Assembly (NCBI GenBank): GCA_034658935.1
Contig: JAYEGE010000006.1
Span: forward strand, 24,912 to 88,911
Source of the DNA: Patescibacteria group bacterium
GTDB taxonomy: Bacteria; Patescibacteriota; Minisyncoccia; Phycocordibacterales; JACOZG01
Length of the DNA: 64,000 nucleotides
Direction: 5' to 3'
Shown in pieces: positions 8,622 through 18,595 of the stretch. Every line of letters starts with the position of its first letter. Within the stretch, counting starts at the first letter, position 1. Below the pieces are notes generated by a model. It was not told where the DNA came from. It saw only the letters and a program-made list of their open reading frames with translations, and ran no database searches. The position numbers and the translations under genes are program-made.

Positions 8622-10013
8622 TTATTTAATCTTAATCACGAGAAAGCGACGCTTGCCGATCTTTAAACGCCAACTATCTTTTACCGTCGCATCTAAGTCG
8701 GTCAAAGTCTCACCGGCATCTAGGTCATGCAGAGCACCCTCTTCAAGTAAGCGGCGGAAGTCCGACTTAGATTTAACCAACTCGCCTCGCAATAAGACAT
8801 CGGCTAATTTTTCTCCTTCCTTAGCTTCTACTTCTAGCAAATCGTCAGGGATATTCTTTTTACTAAACGTATCGACGAAAGACTCCTCAGCTTCTTGCGC
8901 CGCCGCATCCCCGTGGTAGATAGCAATTATCTCCCGCGCCAAGCGCATTTTAATGTCACGCGGATTAGTATCGTCAGAAGATAATTGCTTATTAATCTTT
9001 TCAACTTCAGCAAGTGGGGTATAAGTGCAGAGTCTAAAATAATCAACAATGAAATTATCAGGTAGAGACATGGTCTTACCGTACATCGTCTTTGGATCAT
9101 CAGTGATGGCAATATAATTATCACTTGATTTACTCATCTTCTCATCACCATCTAAGCCAGAGAGTAACTCCAGAGCGAACACCGCCTGGGGCTCTTGCTT
9201 GTTCATCTTCATCACATCACGTCCCATGAGCATATTGAAGGTCTGGTCAGTCCCGCCAATTTCTAAGTCGCAAGAGCCAAAGACCTTGGCAATAGCGTGC
9301 GAATCAATCCCCTGGAGCACTGGGTACATCATTTCGTTCATGTAGAGCTCCTCGCCTTTCTTTATTCTGTCCTGGAAAAAATCCCGCTGAACCAATTGGC
9401 CGTGAGTGACGCCCCGGAGAGTAGAAAGAAAGCCACGGAAAGTGATATTCACTACATTCTTAGTGAAGTTTTTTTGCAGATTAATACGCTCGTACCCCGC
9501 CGCCTTACCTACAAAGCTATTGGCAGGAACAGAAACTTTGCTATCGCCAGACTTAATCTCAACTGTAACCTTGGAGTCAAACACCAAATCAGTAACCGAG
9601 TAGAACCAAGAAGAGTTAGTTATCCAGGCATAATTATGTTTCTCTGTAAGCAAGATCTTCCCCGCTTGTTCAACAAAGGTCTTCATATTAGCCTCCACCT
9701 CAGCTTGCGCTAGTTCTGGCCTCACTTTGCTCTTACCGCTTGGATCACCAATCTGAGCGGTGAAATCACCAATGAGGAACACTACTTTGCAGCCGAGATC
9801 CTGGAGTTCACGCAATTTACGAAAGACTACCGCGTGCCCAAGATGAATATCGGGGCGCGTTGGGTCAACTCCAAACTTAATAATGATTTCGTCGGAGTAA
9901 TTACCAGACGCCTTGGCAATAATCTTCTCCTTAAACTTATCTCCCGGGTCAATTAATTCGGCCACCCCACGATCAAATATCTGATCAATTTTGTTCTTGA
10001 TATCGTCGGTCAT
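8622..10013 (-). CDS. tyrS: tyrosyl-tRNA synthetase
   Basis: Class I HIGH-type HLGH and KMSKS motifs and a C-terminal S4-like domain. The track start at 10112 is TTG and would overlap the divergent PBP gene; the ATG at 10013 (MTDDIKNK) is the more likely start. The product is longer than typical TyrRS, with an insertion between the catalytic motifs. Confidence 0.85.
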   Translation of the reverse strand: MTDDIKNKIDQIFDRGVAELIDPGDKFKEKIIAKASGNYSDEIIIKFGVDPTRPDIHLGHAVVFRKLRELQDLGCKVVFLIGDFTAQIGDPSGKSKVRPELAQAEVEANMKTFVEQAGKILLTEKHNYAWITNSSWFYSVTDLVFDSKVTVEIKSGDSKVSVPANSFVGKAAGYERINLQKNFTKNVVNITFRGFLSTLRGVTHGQLVQRDFFQDRIKKGEELYMNEMMYPVLQGIDSHAIAKVFGSCDLEIGGTDQTFNMLMGRDVMKMNKQEPQAVFALELLSGLDGDEKMSKSSDNYIAITDDPKTMYGKTMSLPDNFIVDYFRLCTYTPLAEVEKINKQLSSDDTNPRDIKMRLAREIIAIYHGDAAAQEAEESFVDTFSKKNIPDDLLEVEAKEGEKLADVLLRGELVKSKSDFRRLLEEGALHDLDAGETLTDLDATVKDSWRLKIGKRRFLVIKIK

Positions 10014-10070
10014 TATGGCCAATAATTTACCACAGTTAACGCTTTCTGCCAATTGTGTTAAATTGTGTAA

Positions 10071-12593
10071 ATGCGAAAAAAGCGTCGACGCAGAATACTT
10101 TTCAGTAAACAATTATGGCTATTAATCCTGACCCTAGGTCTACTCGGGTTCAGCGTCTTTTTGTGGTGGATTATTACCTTAGACATCCCCAGTTTTGAGT
10201 CTTTCACTGAACGGATAGTCACTGAATCAACTAAAATCTACGATCGGACTGGTAAAATTCTTCTCTACGACGTCCACGAGGACATCAAGCGTAAGGTTAT
10301 TCCCTTTGAAGAAATATCTAAGCACGTCAAGAACGCCACTGTTGCCATCGAAGACAACGAATTTTATGAGCATAAGGGGATCAAACCCAGTGCTATCCTC
10401 CGTTCTGTCTTAGTTAATCTCGGTGCCGGTTCGGTTAAGCAAGGTGGCTCTACCATTACCCAGCAATTGGTAAAGAACACTCTACTCACACGGGAGAAAT
10501 TATTATCCCGCAAGATCAAGGAAGCCGTTCTAGCTATCAAGATCGAGCAAGTGCTCTCTAAGGAGGAAATCCTTAACCTATACCTCAACGAAATCCCTTA
10601 CGGCGGCAGCCTTTATGGCATTGAGGAGGCATCGCAGGCCTTCTTCCGCAAACCAGCAAGCGAATTAAGCCTAACTGAGGCGGCCTATTTGGCGGCTATC
10701 CCCAAGGCTCCGACCTATTACTCCCCCTATGGCCAACACCGCGATAAATTAGAAGAGCGTAAAAATGTAGTAATAATGCGGATGGAGGAGCTTGGCTTTA
10801 TTAACGCTGAAGAAGCGCGGACTGCCAGAGAAGAGAGAGCCACTTTCTCAATACCAGAAGATAATAGTCTCAAGGCGCCTCATTTCGTGATGATGATCCG
10901 AAATTATCTAGAGCAGGAATACGGTCGCGAAGCGTTATTAACTCAGGGGTTAAAAGTGACTACCACCATAGATTGGGATCTCCAACGCCAGGCAGAAGAG
11001 ATCATTAATCGCTATGCCACAGAGAACATTGAGAAATTCAACGCCAATAACGCCGGTCTAGTAGCCATCGACCCAAAAACTGGGCAAATCATCGCCATGG
11101 TAGGCTCACGCGATTACTTCGACTCTGAGAATGAGGGTAATTTCAATATCACCTTGGCTCATCGCCAGCCTGGTTCCTCCTTTAAACCCTTCGTCTACGC
11201 CGCCGCCTTCAACAAAGGTTACACACCCGAGACGGTAGTCTTCGACCTACAAACTCAATTCGACACCAATTGCCGGCACAATCCATCAAGTTGCTACACC
11301 CCAAATAATTATGACGACACTTTCCGTGGCCCCATCACCCTACGTAGCGCCCTAGCTCAATCTATCAACGTCCCAGCAATTAAAGTTCTTTATTTGGTCG
11401 GCCTACGTGAGGCGATCGCTCAAGCTACCGCTATGGGCATCGCAAGTCTGGGCTCACCAAATCTCTACGGCCTAACCCTAGTCTTGGGAGGCGGAGAAGT
11501 TTCTTTGCTAGACATGGTCAGCTCTTACAGTGTCTTCGCTGCTGAGGGCGAGCGTCATTCTTACGCTTCAATTTTAAAGATTGAGGATGATAAGGGGACT
11601 GTTTTGGAAGAATTCGAGAATAGAAGCCGTTCTGTCTTGCCCACCAATAGTGCTCGCCTAATATCTAGCATCTTGTCAGACAATGAGGCTCGCCACCCCT
11701 CTTACGGCACCGGCTCACCACTAGAGTTCACCGATAGGCCAGTGGCAGTAAAAACTGGTACTACCAACGACTATCGTGATGCCTGGATCATTGGCTACAC
11801 TCCTAATATTGTCATTGGCGCCTGGGCTGGCAATAACGACAACTCACCGATGGAGAGGAAAGTGGCCGGCCTGATTGTCGCCCCAATGTGGCGAGCGACA
11901 ATGAACGCGGCACTTAAAAATCTACCTATAGAGCGTTTTACTGCCCCAGAAACAGCAGACCCAGACTCGAAACCCGTCTTCCGCGGCTATTGGCAAGGAA
12001 GCGAGAATTATTTTATTGATAAAATCTCTGGCAAATTGGCAACGGATTACACTCCAGAAGAGACACGCGAGGAGCGAATACTTCAAAGCGTCCATTCCAT
12101 CCTCCATTGGGTAAAACGTAGTGACCCCTTAGGTTCAGTGCCGAACAATCCCGCTAACGACTCGCAATATGCGCTTTGGGAGACACCAATCCGAACCTGG
12201 GCGGCAGCTCGTGGTATGTCTACTGAGCAAGGCGCAGAAAACCTGCCTCGAGACTACGACGACGTACATACCCCTAGCACCAAACCTAGTTTTGAAATCA
12301 CCAGTCCAGACCATGAGACTATTTATAACGCCAACCAGAGCATCGCTGTTCAAGTCAATTACAGTGGACGCTACCCCTTAGCTCAAATCGACGCCTTCTT
12401 GGGCGACACCTATCTCGGCTCAGCCAAAAGTGCCCCACATACCCTCATCTTCACTCCCCAGGAACTCGACGATTGGCAAACAAGCAATAGGCTCCGAGTA
12501 GTAGCCTACGATTCAGTACGCAATAGGGCAGAGCAGAACACCACTCTCCGCCTAAGCGGCACTCCAACCCAACCTACCCAACCCGAGGAATAA
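10071..12593 (+). CDS. mrcA: class A penicillin-binding protein (glycosyltransferase plus transpeptidase)
   Basis: 840 aa with an N-terminal TM. GT51 motifs EDNEFYEHKGI and GGSTITQQL; transpeptidase SSFKP (SxxK), SxN and KTGT; extra C-terminal domain. Confidence 0.9.
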   Translation: MRKKRRRRILFSKQLWLLILTLGLLGFSVFLWWIITLDIPSFESFTERIVTESTKIYDRTGKILLYDVHEDIKRKVIPFEEISKHVKNATVAIEDNEFYEHKGIKPSAILRSVLVNLGAGSVKQGGSTITQQLVKNTLLTREKLLSRKIKEAVLAIKIEQVLSKEEILNLYLNEIPYGGSLYGIEEASQAFFRKPASELSLTEAAYLAAIPKAPTYYSPYGQHRDKLEERKNVVIMRMEELGFINAEEARTAREERATFSIPEDNSLKAPHFVMMIRNYLEQEYGREALLTQGLKVTTTIDWDLQRQAEEIINRYATENIEKFNANNAGLVAIDPKTGQIIAMVGSRDYFDSENEGNFNITLAHRQPGSSFKPFVYAAAFNKGYTPETVVFDLQTQFDTNCRHNPSSCYTPNNYDDTFRGPITLRSALAQSINVPAIKVLYLVGLREAIAQATAMGIASLGSPNLYGLTLVLGGGEVSLLDMVSSYSVFAAEGERHSYASILKIEDDKGTVLEEFENRSRSVLPTNSARLISSILSDNEARHPSYGTGSPLEFTDRPVAVKTGTTNDYRDAWIIGYTPNIVIGAWAGNNDNSPMERKVAGLIVAPMWRATMNAALKNLPIERFTAPETADPDSKPVFRGYWQGSENYFIDKISGKLATDYTPEETREERILQSVHSILHWVKRSDPLGSVPNNPANDSQYALWETPIRTWAAARGMSTEQGAENLPRDYDDVHTPSTKPSFEITSPDHETIYNANQSIAVQVNYSGRYPLAQIDAFLGDTYLGSAKSAPHTLIFTPQELDDWQTSNRLRVVAYDSVRNRAEQNTTLRLSGTPTQPTQPEE

Positions 12594-12617
12594 TTTGGAC
12601 ACGGCGTGTCCAAATTT
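12593..12617. repeat. REP palindrome AATTTGGACACGGCGTGTCCAAATT
   Basis: Perfect palindrome. It is paired with a second copy 52 bp downstream. Confidence 0.9.
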
Positions 12618-12644
12618 TAATAGAGCTTAGTTGAGCCGTTTCCT

Positions 12645-12669
12645 AATTTGGACACGCCGTGTCCAAATT
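12645..12669. repeat. REP palindrome AATTTGGACACGCCGTGTCCAAATT
   Basis: Perfect palindrome; second member of a doublet. Confidence 0.9.
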
Positions 12670-12681
12670 CAGGCCCGATAG

Positions 12682-12939
12682 CTAAATGAGTTTTTTGGGG
12701 GCTTTTTGGCCTAGTTTTTCGACTAACTCGGCCATAATTGCTTCTCGATGGAGCATAATCTCACTCCGGAGTATGGGTTTAATCCTCAGATAAACAGTGA
12801 AACCGGCCAAACGGATGTCGTCGTTAGACACATCCTCCTGCCAGCGACCCTTAATAATCTCTTGCAGGGCATCCTTAAGCGCCGCGTCAGTAGGACGCCA
12901 ATCTTTAAACTTCTCTAAATAAAGCTTAATCTGATCCAT
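12682..12939 (-). CDS. DUF721/DciA-like small protein downstream of dnaN
   Basis: 85 aa, conserved in position immediately after dnaN. The call rests on context and size. Confidence 0.5.
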   Translation of the reverse strand: MDQIKLYLEKFKDWRPTDAALKDALQEIIKGRWQEDVSNDDIRLAGFTVYLRIKPILRSEIMLHREAIMAELVEKLGQKAPKKLI

Positions 12940-14045
12940 TAACGGTTCAGCGGCATAATTAAGTAAGTGAAAGTATTGTCACCAATGCCAGAAACTAAAA
13001 TTGGTTTACCGCGACCATTGAAACGTAGGCTCACACTGTCACTAGGAATGACAGCTAGGCAGTCAAGCAGGTAGCGAACGTTAAAGCTAATTTCCAAATC
13101 TTCGCCCTGCAGTGTCGCCTCTAACTTCGTGGTGCTTTCTCCTAGGTCTGTATTATGCGAATTTAGCTCGAAGAGAGCATCTTTGACCGCCACCCTAAGG
13201 CTAACCTGGTTTAACCTATCAGCGAACACATGGGAGAGTTTTAAGGCATTCTGGAGATCATTTTTCAAAACCACTGCACCAGTTTTAGTTTCCACGGGGA
13301 CAATTTGCCTATAATCAGGATAAATACCCTCCACAAGCCGTGAGGTAAGATAATAACCTTCGCCAGAAAAAACCATCTGATGATTATTGTAGCTAATCTC
13401 TACTGGCTCACTCTGGCCTTCAAGTACACGCAGGATATCGGCCACATTTTTAACAGGCATCATTAGTTTAAGTTCCCCTTCGATAGGCTGCTCTAGCGGC
13501 AAGTGCTTTTCCGCCAAGCGAAAAGAGTCGGTGGCCACCAGATTTAATTCCCCTTCCCGCTGATAAAGATAAACGCTAGCAATCTCTGGCTTAATATCAG
13601 ACAAGGCGGCAGCGTAAGCGACCATCTTTAACCCAGCCACAAAAGAGGGGATGGCTAAGGTAAATTTCCCAGTAATTGCCTCTAGTTTAGGTAGAGTAGG
13701 GAAGTCGTCCTGAGGATACACCTTAATAAGACCAGAATGGTGAAGGCCCTGAAGAGAAATATTCTCACCAACGCTGGTCAAACTCACTTTTTCGTCCCTG
13801 CCTAGATTAGCCAAGAAATTAGACAAGATGGCACCACTGACCATAACCGATCCCTCGGTCTCCACCTTAGCTGGTACTTCCAAGCGTAGTCCTACATCAA
13901 GATTGGTGGCCGTTAAAGACAAGTAACGGCCACTGGCCTTTAAAAGGACATGGGACAAAGCCGGAAGGGACAAATTTTTACCAGTGACCTTTTCAGCAAT
14001 GCTGATCGCTCGATACAATTTCTCTTTAGGGCATTCTAATTTCAT
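12939..14045 (-). CDS. dnaN: DNA polymerase III beta sliding clamp
   Basis: 368 aa with three-domain clamp organisation, located downstream of dnaA. Confidence 0.9.
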   Translation of the reverse strand: MKLECPKEKLYRAISIAEKVTGKNLSLPALSHVLLKASGRYLSLTATNLDVGLRLEVPAKVETEGSVMVSGAILSNFLANLGRDEKVSLTSVGENISLQGLHHSGLIKVYPQDDFPTLPKLEAITGKFTLAIPSFVAGLKMVAYAAALSDIKPEIASVYLYQREGELNLVATDSFRLAEKHLPLEQPIEGELKLMMPVKNVADILRVLEGQSEPVEISYNNHQMVFSGEGYYLTSRLVEGIYPDYRQIVPVETKTGAVVLKNDLQNALKLSHVFADRLNQVSLRVAVKDALFELNSHNTDLGESTTKLEATLQGEDLEISFNVRYLLDCLAVIPSDSVSLRFNGRGKPILVSGIGDNTFTYLIMPLNR

Positions 14046-14300
14046 AAGCTTATCTTTTATCTTATAGTATTCTTTAATTAATTGCTTAAGTATCTGTTAT
14101 TACTACTAAGCCTGGTGATAATGTGGACAAGTCAGACTTGTGGCCCTGTCGGGCCGTACTTTTTCCTCTCCCTTTGTTGGTAAGTACCTGGAGAACTGCC
14201 TTGTTGAGGGTGGGTTTATCCAGGTCAGTTTTATGAAGATCTGCTCACTTTGTTTCTCCCCAGACTTTTCCTGGGCTATCCACTGACTTATCCCCCTCTA
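14046..14300. other. candidate chromosomal replication origin (oriC) in the dnaA-dnaN spacer
   Basis: AT-rich stretch 14046-14110, plus DnaA-box-like 9-mers TGTGGACAA (14120), TTATCCAGG (14215), TATCCACTG (14276) and TTATCCCCC (14288), between dnaA and dnaN. Confidence 0.5.
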
Positions 14301-15671
14301 TCAGTCTTCTTTATACAGGAGTAGGCGGATTTGTTCTATCTCTTGGGACAGCAGGCTATTGTCCTTAAGGTCCTGTCGGATTTTCTCATAGGCGTGTATA
14401 ACGGTCGTGTGATCTCTATTGCCCATCTTCTGTCCTATATATGGGTAAGAGGTATTAAAGTCTTCACGCAAGATATACATGATCACTTGACGAGGTTTGA
14501 CCACTTCCTTCTTTCTGGTTTTCTCGTAGAGATATCTTTCGTTTATATTGTAGAAATTTGCCACTATGTTGGCGACATCTTTAACGGCAATCGTTTTCTT
14601 GGGTTTAACGTTGTTCTTGATCAGATTTTTGACTTCATTGAGGTTTAAATTTCGTTTTTTCAATTGGCATTGGCAAACAATAGAATTAACTGTCCCCTCT
14701 AGTTCACGAATACTGTCCTGGATAGCGTTAGCGACATATTCAATCACCTCTTTCTCTAAAGAGAAGGGACTGGCTGTGAGTTTGCTGTTAAGAATAGCTA
14801 GACGGGACTCATAATCAGGCTTAATAACGTCAACCATCATTCCGCCCTCAAAACGCGACCGCAATCGCTCCTCTAACTTGACAATTTGCTTAGGCGGCTT
14901 GTCTGATGAAAAGAGAATCTGCTTATTATGCTCGTGATAATGGTTGAAAAGGTGGAATAATTCCTCTTGGGTTCGGTCTTTGTTAGAAAAAAACTGGACA
15001 TCATCCATAATTAAGACATCGTACTTGCGATATTTTTCTTTAAACTGATTGGCGCGGTTATTCCTAACTGAGTTGACGTAATCAACACCGAATTGTTCAG
15101 AAGTAACGTAAAAAACTTTTTTATTGGGGTGGTGTTTCTTAATGTAATTGCCAACTGCTTGAATTAAATGGGTTTTACCTAAGCCAGTACCACCGTAGAT
15201 ATATAATGGGTTGTAAACTTGACCAACTTTCTTTGTTACAGCCTGGCAAGCGGCATGGGCGAGCTCATTAAAGGGGCCCACAACAAAAGAGTCAAAGATA
15301 TACTTAGGATTAAGGTTGTCTTCACGGCTAGTGTAGAGCTCCTCCAGGTTTAGCTGATTGCTGAAAGATGGCTTAACTGTGGGCTTAATTGGTGTTTGCT
15401 GATCATTAGTTGCTCGTGGGGCGATGATGTATTCTACTCCCCTGACGGTTGGTTCTAATTGACGAAGTGAACGTAAAATTAAAGTATGGTACTTGTCAGA
15501 CAGCCAATCGCGAACGAAATGATTGGGTACTCCGATTACTAAAGTGCTGCCATCCTGTTTTATAACGCGTGTTTTACTGAACCAAGTACCGAAGCTTGCT
15601 TTAGACACCTCAACTTCGATCCCTGCTAAGGTGTCGTCCCATAACTTCTTTGAGTCGAGGGTCATCGTCAC
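14301..15671 (-). CDS. dnaA: chromosomal replication initiator DnaA
   Basis: 456 aa with Walker A GGTGLGKTHL, AAA+ domain III and a C-terminal DNA-binding domain. Confidence 0.95.
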   Translation of the reverse strand: MTMTLDSKKLWDDTLAGIEVEVSKASFGTWFSKTRVIKQDGSTLVIGVPNHFVRDWLSDKYHTLILRSLRQLEPTVRGVEYIIAPRATNDQQTPIKPTVKPSFSNQLNLEELYTSREDNLNPKYIFDSFVVGPFNELAHAACQAVTKKVGQVYNPLYIYGGTGLGKTHLIQAVGNYIKKHHPNKKVFYVTSEQFGVDYVNSVRNNRANQFKEKYRKYDVLIMDDVQFFSNKDRTQEELFHLFNHYHEHNKQILFSSDKPPKQIVKLEERLRSRFEGGMMVDVIKPDYESRLAILNSKLTASPFSLEKEVIEYVANAIQDSIRELEGTVNSIVCQCQLKKRNLNLNEVKNLIKNNVKPKKTIAVKDVANIVANFYNINERYLYEKTRKKEVVKPRQVIMYILREDFNTSYPYIGQKMGNRDHTTVIHAYEKIRQDLKDNSLLSQEIEQIRLLLYKED

Positions 15672-15760
15672 TGATTATATTCTTTTGATTGAGAATATCA
15701 AATAAGCCACAAAGTTAATAAGAAGTGGATTATTAGACCAGGCTATGATAGAGTCTGGCC

Positions 15761-15895
15761 ATGTCACAAACGTACCAACCTAAACGACGAAAGCGCCAAA
15801 CTACTCATGGTTTTTTGGTCCGTCAGGCTAAACCAGGCGGACGGCGGGTAATTCAAGCTAGAAGGCGCAAAGGACGGGCGCGATTAGCGGTCTAG
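15761..15895 (+). CDS. rpmH: 50S ribosomal protein L34
   Basis: 44-aa [47 protein letters not shown], matching the L34 pattern. It sits immediately upstream of rnpA and is below the ORF-track length cutoff. Confidence 0.85.
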   Translation: MSQTYQPKRRKRQTTHGFLVRQAKPGGRRVIQARRRKGRARLAV

Positions 15896-15901
15896 AGGCT
15901 T

Positions 15902-16252
15902 ATGTTGCCGAGGCAACAACGGCTAAAAAGAGAGGAAATAAGCCGTATTTTAAAGAAGGGTAAGGGTTGGAGGGGGCAAGGTCTCTCTTTAAAGATTGCT
16001 CCCCTATTGAGCCAACCATCTACTCCTAGTCAAGTGGCGATTATCGTCACTTCAGGTACTGTTCGGACTGCGGTTACTCGGAATCGTCTCAAGCGTCGCT
16101 TGCGACAATGGGTTATTCGGCATCGCTCCCAGATTCGTCCAGGGCAAGGGGTGATCATACTTGCTTACCCGCCGGCAGCCAAATTAACAATTGGAGATTT
16201 GGGGACGATGTTGCAGCTCCTCTTTACTCGGGCTAAAATGCTAACAGCTTAA
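15902..16252 (+). CDS. rnpA: ribonuclease P protein component
   Basis: 116 aa basic protein in the conserved rpmH-rnpA-yidC arrangement. Confidence 0.85.
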   Translation: MLPRQQRLKREEISRILKKGKGWRGQGLSLKIAPLLSQPSTPSQVAIIVTSGTVRTAVTRNRLKRRLRQWVIRHRSQIRPGQGVIILAYPPAAKLTIGDLGTMLQLLFTRAKMLTA

Positions 16253-16255
16253 AGA

Positions 16256-16999
16256 ATGAAAGCTCTCTTCAAAACAGTTTTTTATATTCCGCTTTATAAT
16301 GGCTTAGCCGGCCTAGCGATTATTTTACCAGGCCATAATCTCGGATTGGCCGTTATTGTTTTGACTCTGATAGTGAAATTAATCCTTTCTCCTCTCCAAC
16401 GTCGAGTTTCTCATGCTCAACATAGGATGAAGGCGTTAGAACCTAAGATTAAGGCAATTAAGGACAAGCACAGTAAGGATAATACCGAGCAAGCACGCCA
16501 CATTATGGCGCTCTATAAGGAGTATCGGGTTAATCCTTTCTCGAGTATTATTGTTTTAATCATTCAAATTCCTATCCTGTTCGCTCTATATTACGTTTTT
16601 CGTAGCGGTTTCGACTTTGATCCTAACTTGCTCTACTCCTTCGTCCCCTCTCCAGTTGGTCTTAATCATTTCTTCTTGGGAATAGACCTAACTGTTGGTA
16701 ATTACGTCTTAGCTTTTTTGACGGGGTTAACGCAATTCTTCCAAGTTCGTTTTATGATGCCAGCGTCTACTGCGTCCTCGTCAGCTGATCCCTCTGACAT
16801 TAAGGCAAACTTGGCCAAGAGCATGCAGACTCAGATGAAGTATTTCCTACCTATAGTAGTGATTTTCATTGCCGCCAGTCTCCCGGCCGCTATCTCTCTT
16901 TATTGGATCACTAGTAACCTCTTTGCTTTAGCTCAAGAATGGTGGTTTAGAAGGCGGCTCCCAAGTCTAGAGCCCATAACTCCTGATCAGTCTTGTTAA
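16256..16999 (+). CDS. yidC: membrane protein insertase YidC (short form)
   Basis: 247 aa polytopic membrane protein downstream of rnpA, with a YidC/Oxa1-like hydrophobic core. Confidence 0.85.
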   Translation: MKALFKTVFYIPLYNGLAGLAIILPGHNLGLAVIVLTLIVKLILSPLQRRVSHAQHRMKALEPKIKAIKDKHSKDNTEQARHIMALYKEYRVNPFSSIIVLIIQIPILFALYYVFRSGFDFDPNLLYSFVPSPVGLNHFFLGIDLTVGNYVLAFLTGLTQFFQVRFMMPASTASSSADPSDIKANLAKSMQTQMKYFLPIVVIFIAASLPAAISLYWITSNLFALAQEWWFRRRLPSLEPITPDQSC

Positions 17000-18233
17000 T
17001 TAAGAAAAGATTCTCCTCTTTAGCATCGAGGAAGAGCTTGGTCGCATCTAAAGTGCGGCCCAGGTTGGCTAGTTCTGGGTTGTAGATAATCTCTGTTTTC
17101 CCTGAGTCTGTATCAATTTTCCAAATATTATCAGTGAAGCTAAACTCGCCTCTATACCAACCGTCGGGAAGAGAGCCGAGTGGCAAGCGAACTGGCACGC
17201 CACAATAGATGGTGACATTATCGCTGCTCCAAACACATTTCTCAGCTAGGGTATTAACTAGTAAACGTTTGAAAAGGTTTTCGCTAATAGGGTAAACGCC
17301 GAAGGCTAAACCATCACGAGTATTGCCACTATAGAGAACCTGTCGGCCATTGGGGCTTAATAAAGTAGACAAGCCGGGCACGCGATTGAAAACTAGCTGC
17401 TCGGTTTTAGTTTGTGTATTAATGGTGTAAAGCAAGCTGTCGAGATTGCTGGCAGTCTTAGTTTGTAATGCCAGCAATTCTTCGTTGGGCCAACTGATCA
17501 GCCATTCACTGAGCGGAGAAGAAAAGATTTCTACTTTTCCAGTCCCATCCCAATTAGCTAAGTAGCCAGTTGTGTTGTTTCTGCCGTCCTCAAGGTAAAA
17601 AATCCTGTCCTTTTGAGGCGAGGTGGCAATTTGGGTAATATTGGGGCTAAGAAAACTACCTTCCAATTCGCCTAGGTCGTTAATTGTGCCTGAATCTAGG
17701 CCGATTAAGGCGGCGCTAAAGTTTTGTAGTCTATTGTCGGTTTGGTATCTGGCGATTATTTGGATGGTCGTACTGGCATTATTTGTAGTCTCGCCGATCA
17801 ATAATTCTTCTACCTTAGGAATAGTGGTGTTACTCAATTGGCGTGAGGACAAAAGATCATCAGGACGGACGCCGAACAGATGGCCCCGTGCCTTGTCCAT
17901 ATAGATGACCATTGAGCTGCTGGCGTTGCCCACTAGGCTAGCCCCGGCGACCGGGCCAGAGGAGATTTTATTGAAGCCAGAAGCGAGACTTAGGTTGGGG
18001 TCGCCGGTGGTTCCTGTGCCGTCAGGTTGAGTTCCAGTTCCTGTGGGGCCTGTGATATCTGTGCCAGTTCCGGCACCAAGAGGTTGCCCACTAGGGAAGA
18101 AGGAGCCATTATCCGTATCGAGGGAGCTATCCCCTACTCCGCCGTCTTCAGGTGCTTGGCTGCCTCGCCACCAAATCCAAATGCCGCCAAGGACAACTAA
18201 GATAATTAAAACAATGATGATTATTTTTCTCAT
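16947..18233 (-). CDS. hypothetical membrane-anchored protein with Gly/Thr-rich linker
   Basis: 428 aa with an N-terminal TM, then GTGTDITGPTGTGTQPDGTGTTGDP low-complexity and a beta-rich C-terminal domain. It is the first gene of the T4SS-like minus-strand cluster. Confidence 0.55.
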   Translation of the reverse strand: MRKIIIIVLIILVVLGGIWIWWRGSQAPEDGGVGDSSLDTDNGSFFPSGQPLGAGTGTDITGPTGTGTQPDGTGTTGDPNLSLASGFNKISSGPVAGASLVGNASSSMVIYMDKARGHLFGVRPDDLLSSRQLSNTTIPKVEELLIGETTNNASTTIQIIARYQTDNRLQNFSAALIGLDSGTINDLGELEGSFLSPNITQIATSPQKDRIFYLEDGRNNTTGYLANWDGTGKVEIFSSPLSEWLISWPNEELLALQTKTASNLDSLLYTINTQTKTEQLVFNRVPGLSTLLSPNGRQVLYSGNTRDGLAFGVYPISENLFKRLLVNTLAEKCVWSSDNVTIYCGVPVRLPLGSLPDGWYRGEFSFTDNIWKIDTDSGKTEIIYNPELANLGRTLDATKLFLDAKEENLFLINKTDQELWALDLGAAF

Positions 18234-18595
18234 GATGATGATCCACCAAAAATATTAGAAAGTTTTACTAGGTCGGGGTTAATCTCATTTAAGATTAGCC
18301 AGGCGGCTAACAGTAATATTAGGCCCCAAACGGCCGACTTCATTTTACCCGTACCATTGCTTTTGCCGCTAGGTAATTCGCTCATCATATGAAGGAGGCC
18401 TCCGTAAGCGAATTGGACTACGGCGATAGCGGCAGCTAGACCTAGAACAACCGTGAAAGCGGGGCCGAGATACTTCTCAATGCCAGAGACTTCATTGCCT
18501 AACCCAGGAATTGTTTCTAGTAATTGCACGCTATCTGCCGCTAGGGCCTGGGCAATAAATTTTTTGGCTACCAGCCAATCCATTAGAGTATTCAT
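18230..18595 (-). CDS. putative VirB2/TrbC-like pilin-type protein
   Basis: 121 aa with two hydrophobic helices separated by a short loop. Size and topology fit T4SS pilin subunits; the call is topological only. Confidence 0.4.
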   Translation of the reverse strand: MNTLMDWLVAKKFIAQALAADSVQLLETIPGLGNEVSGIEKYLGPAFTVVLGLAAAIAVVQFAYGGLLHMMSELPSGKSNGTGKMKSAVWGLILLLAAWLILNEINPDLVKLSNIFGGSSS

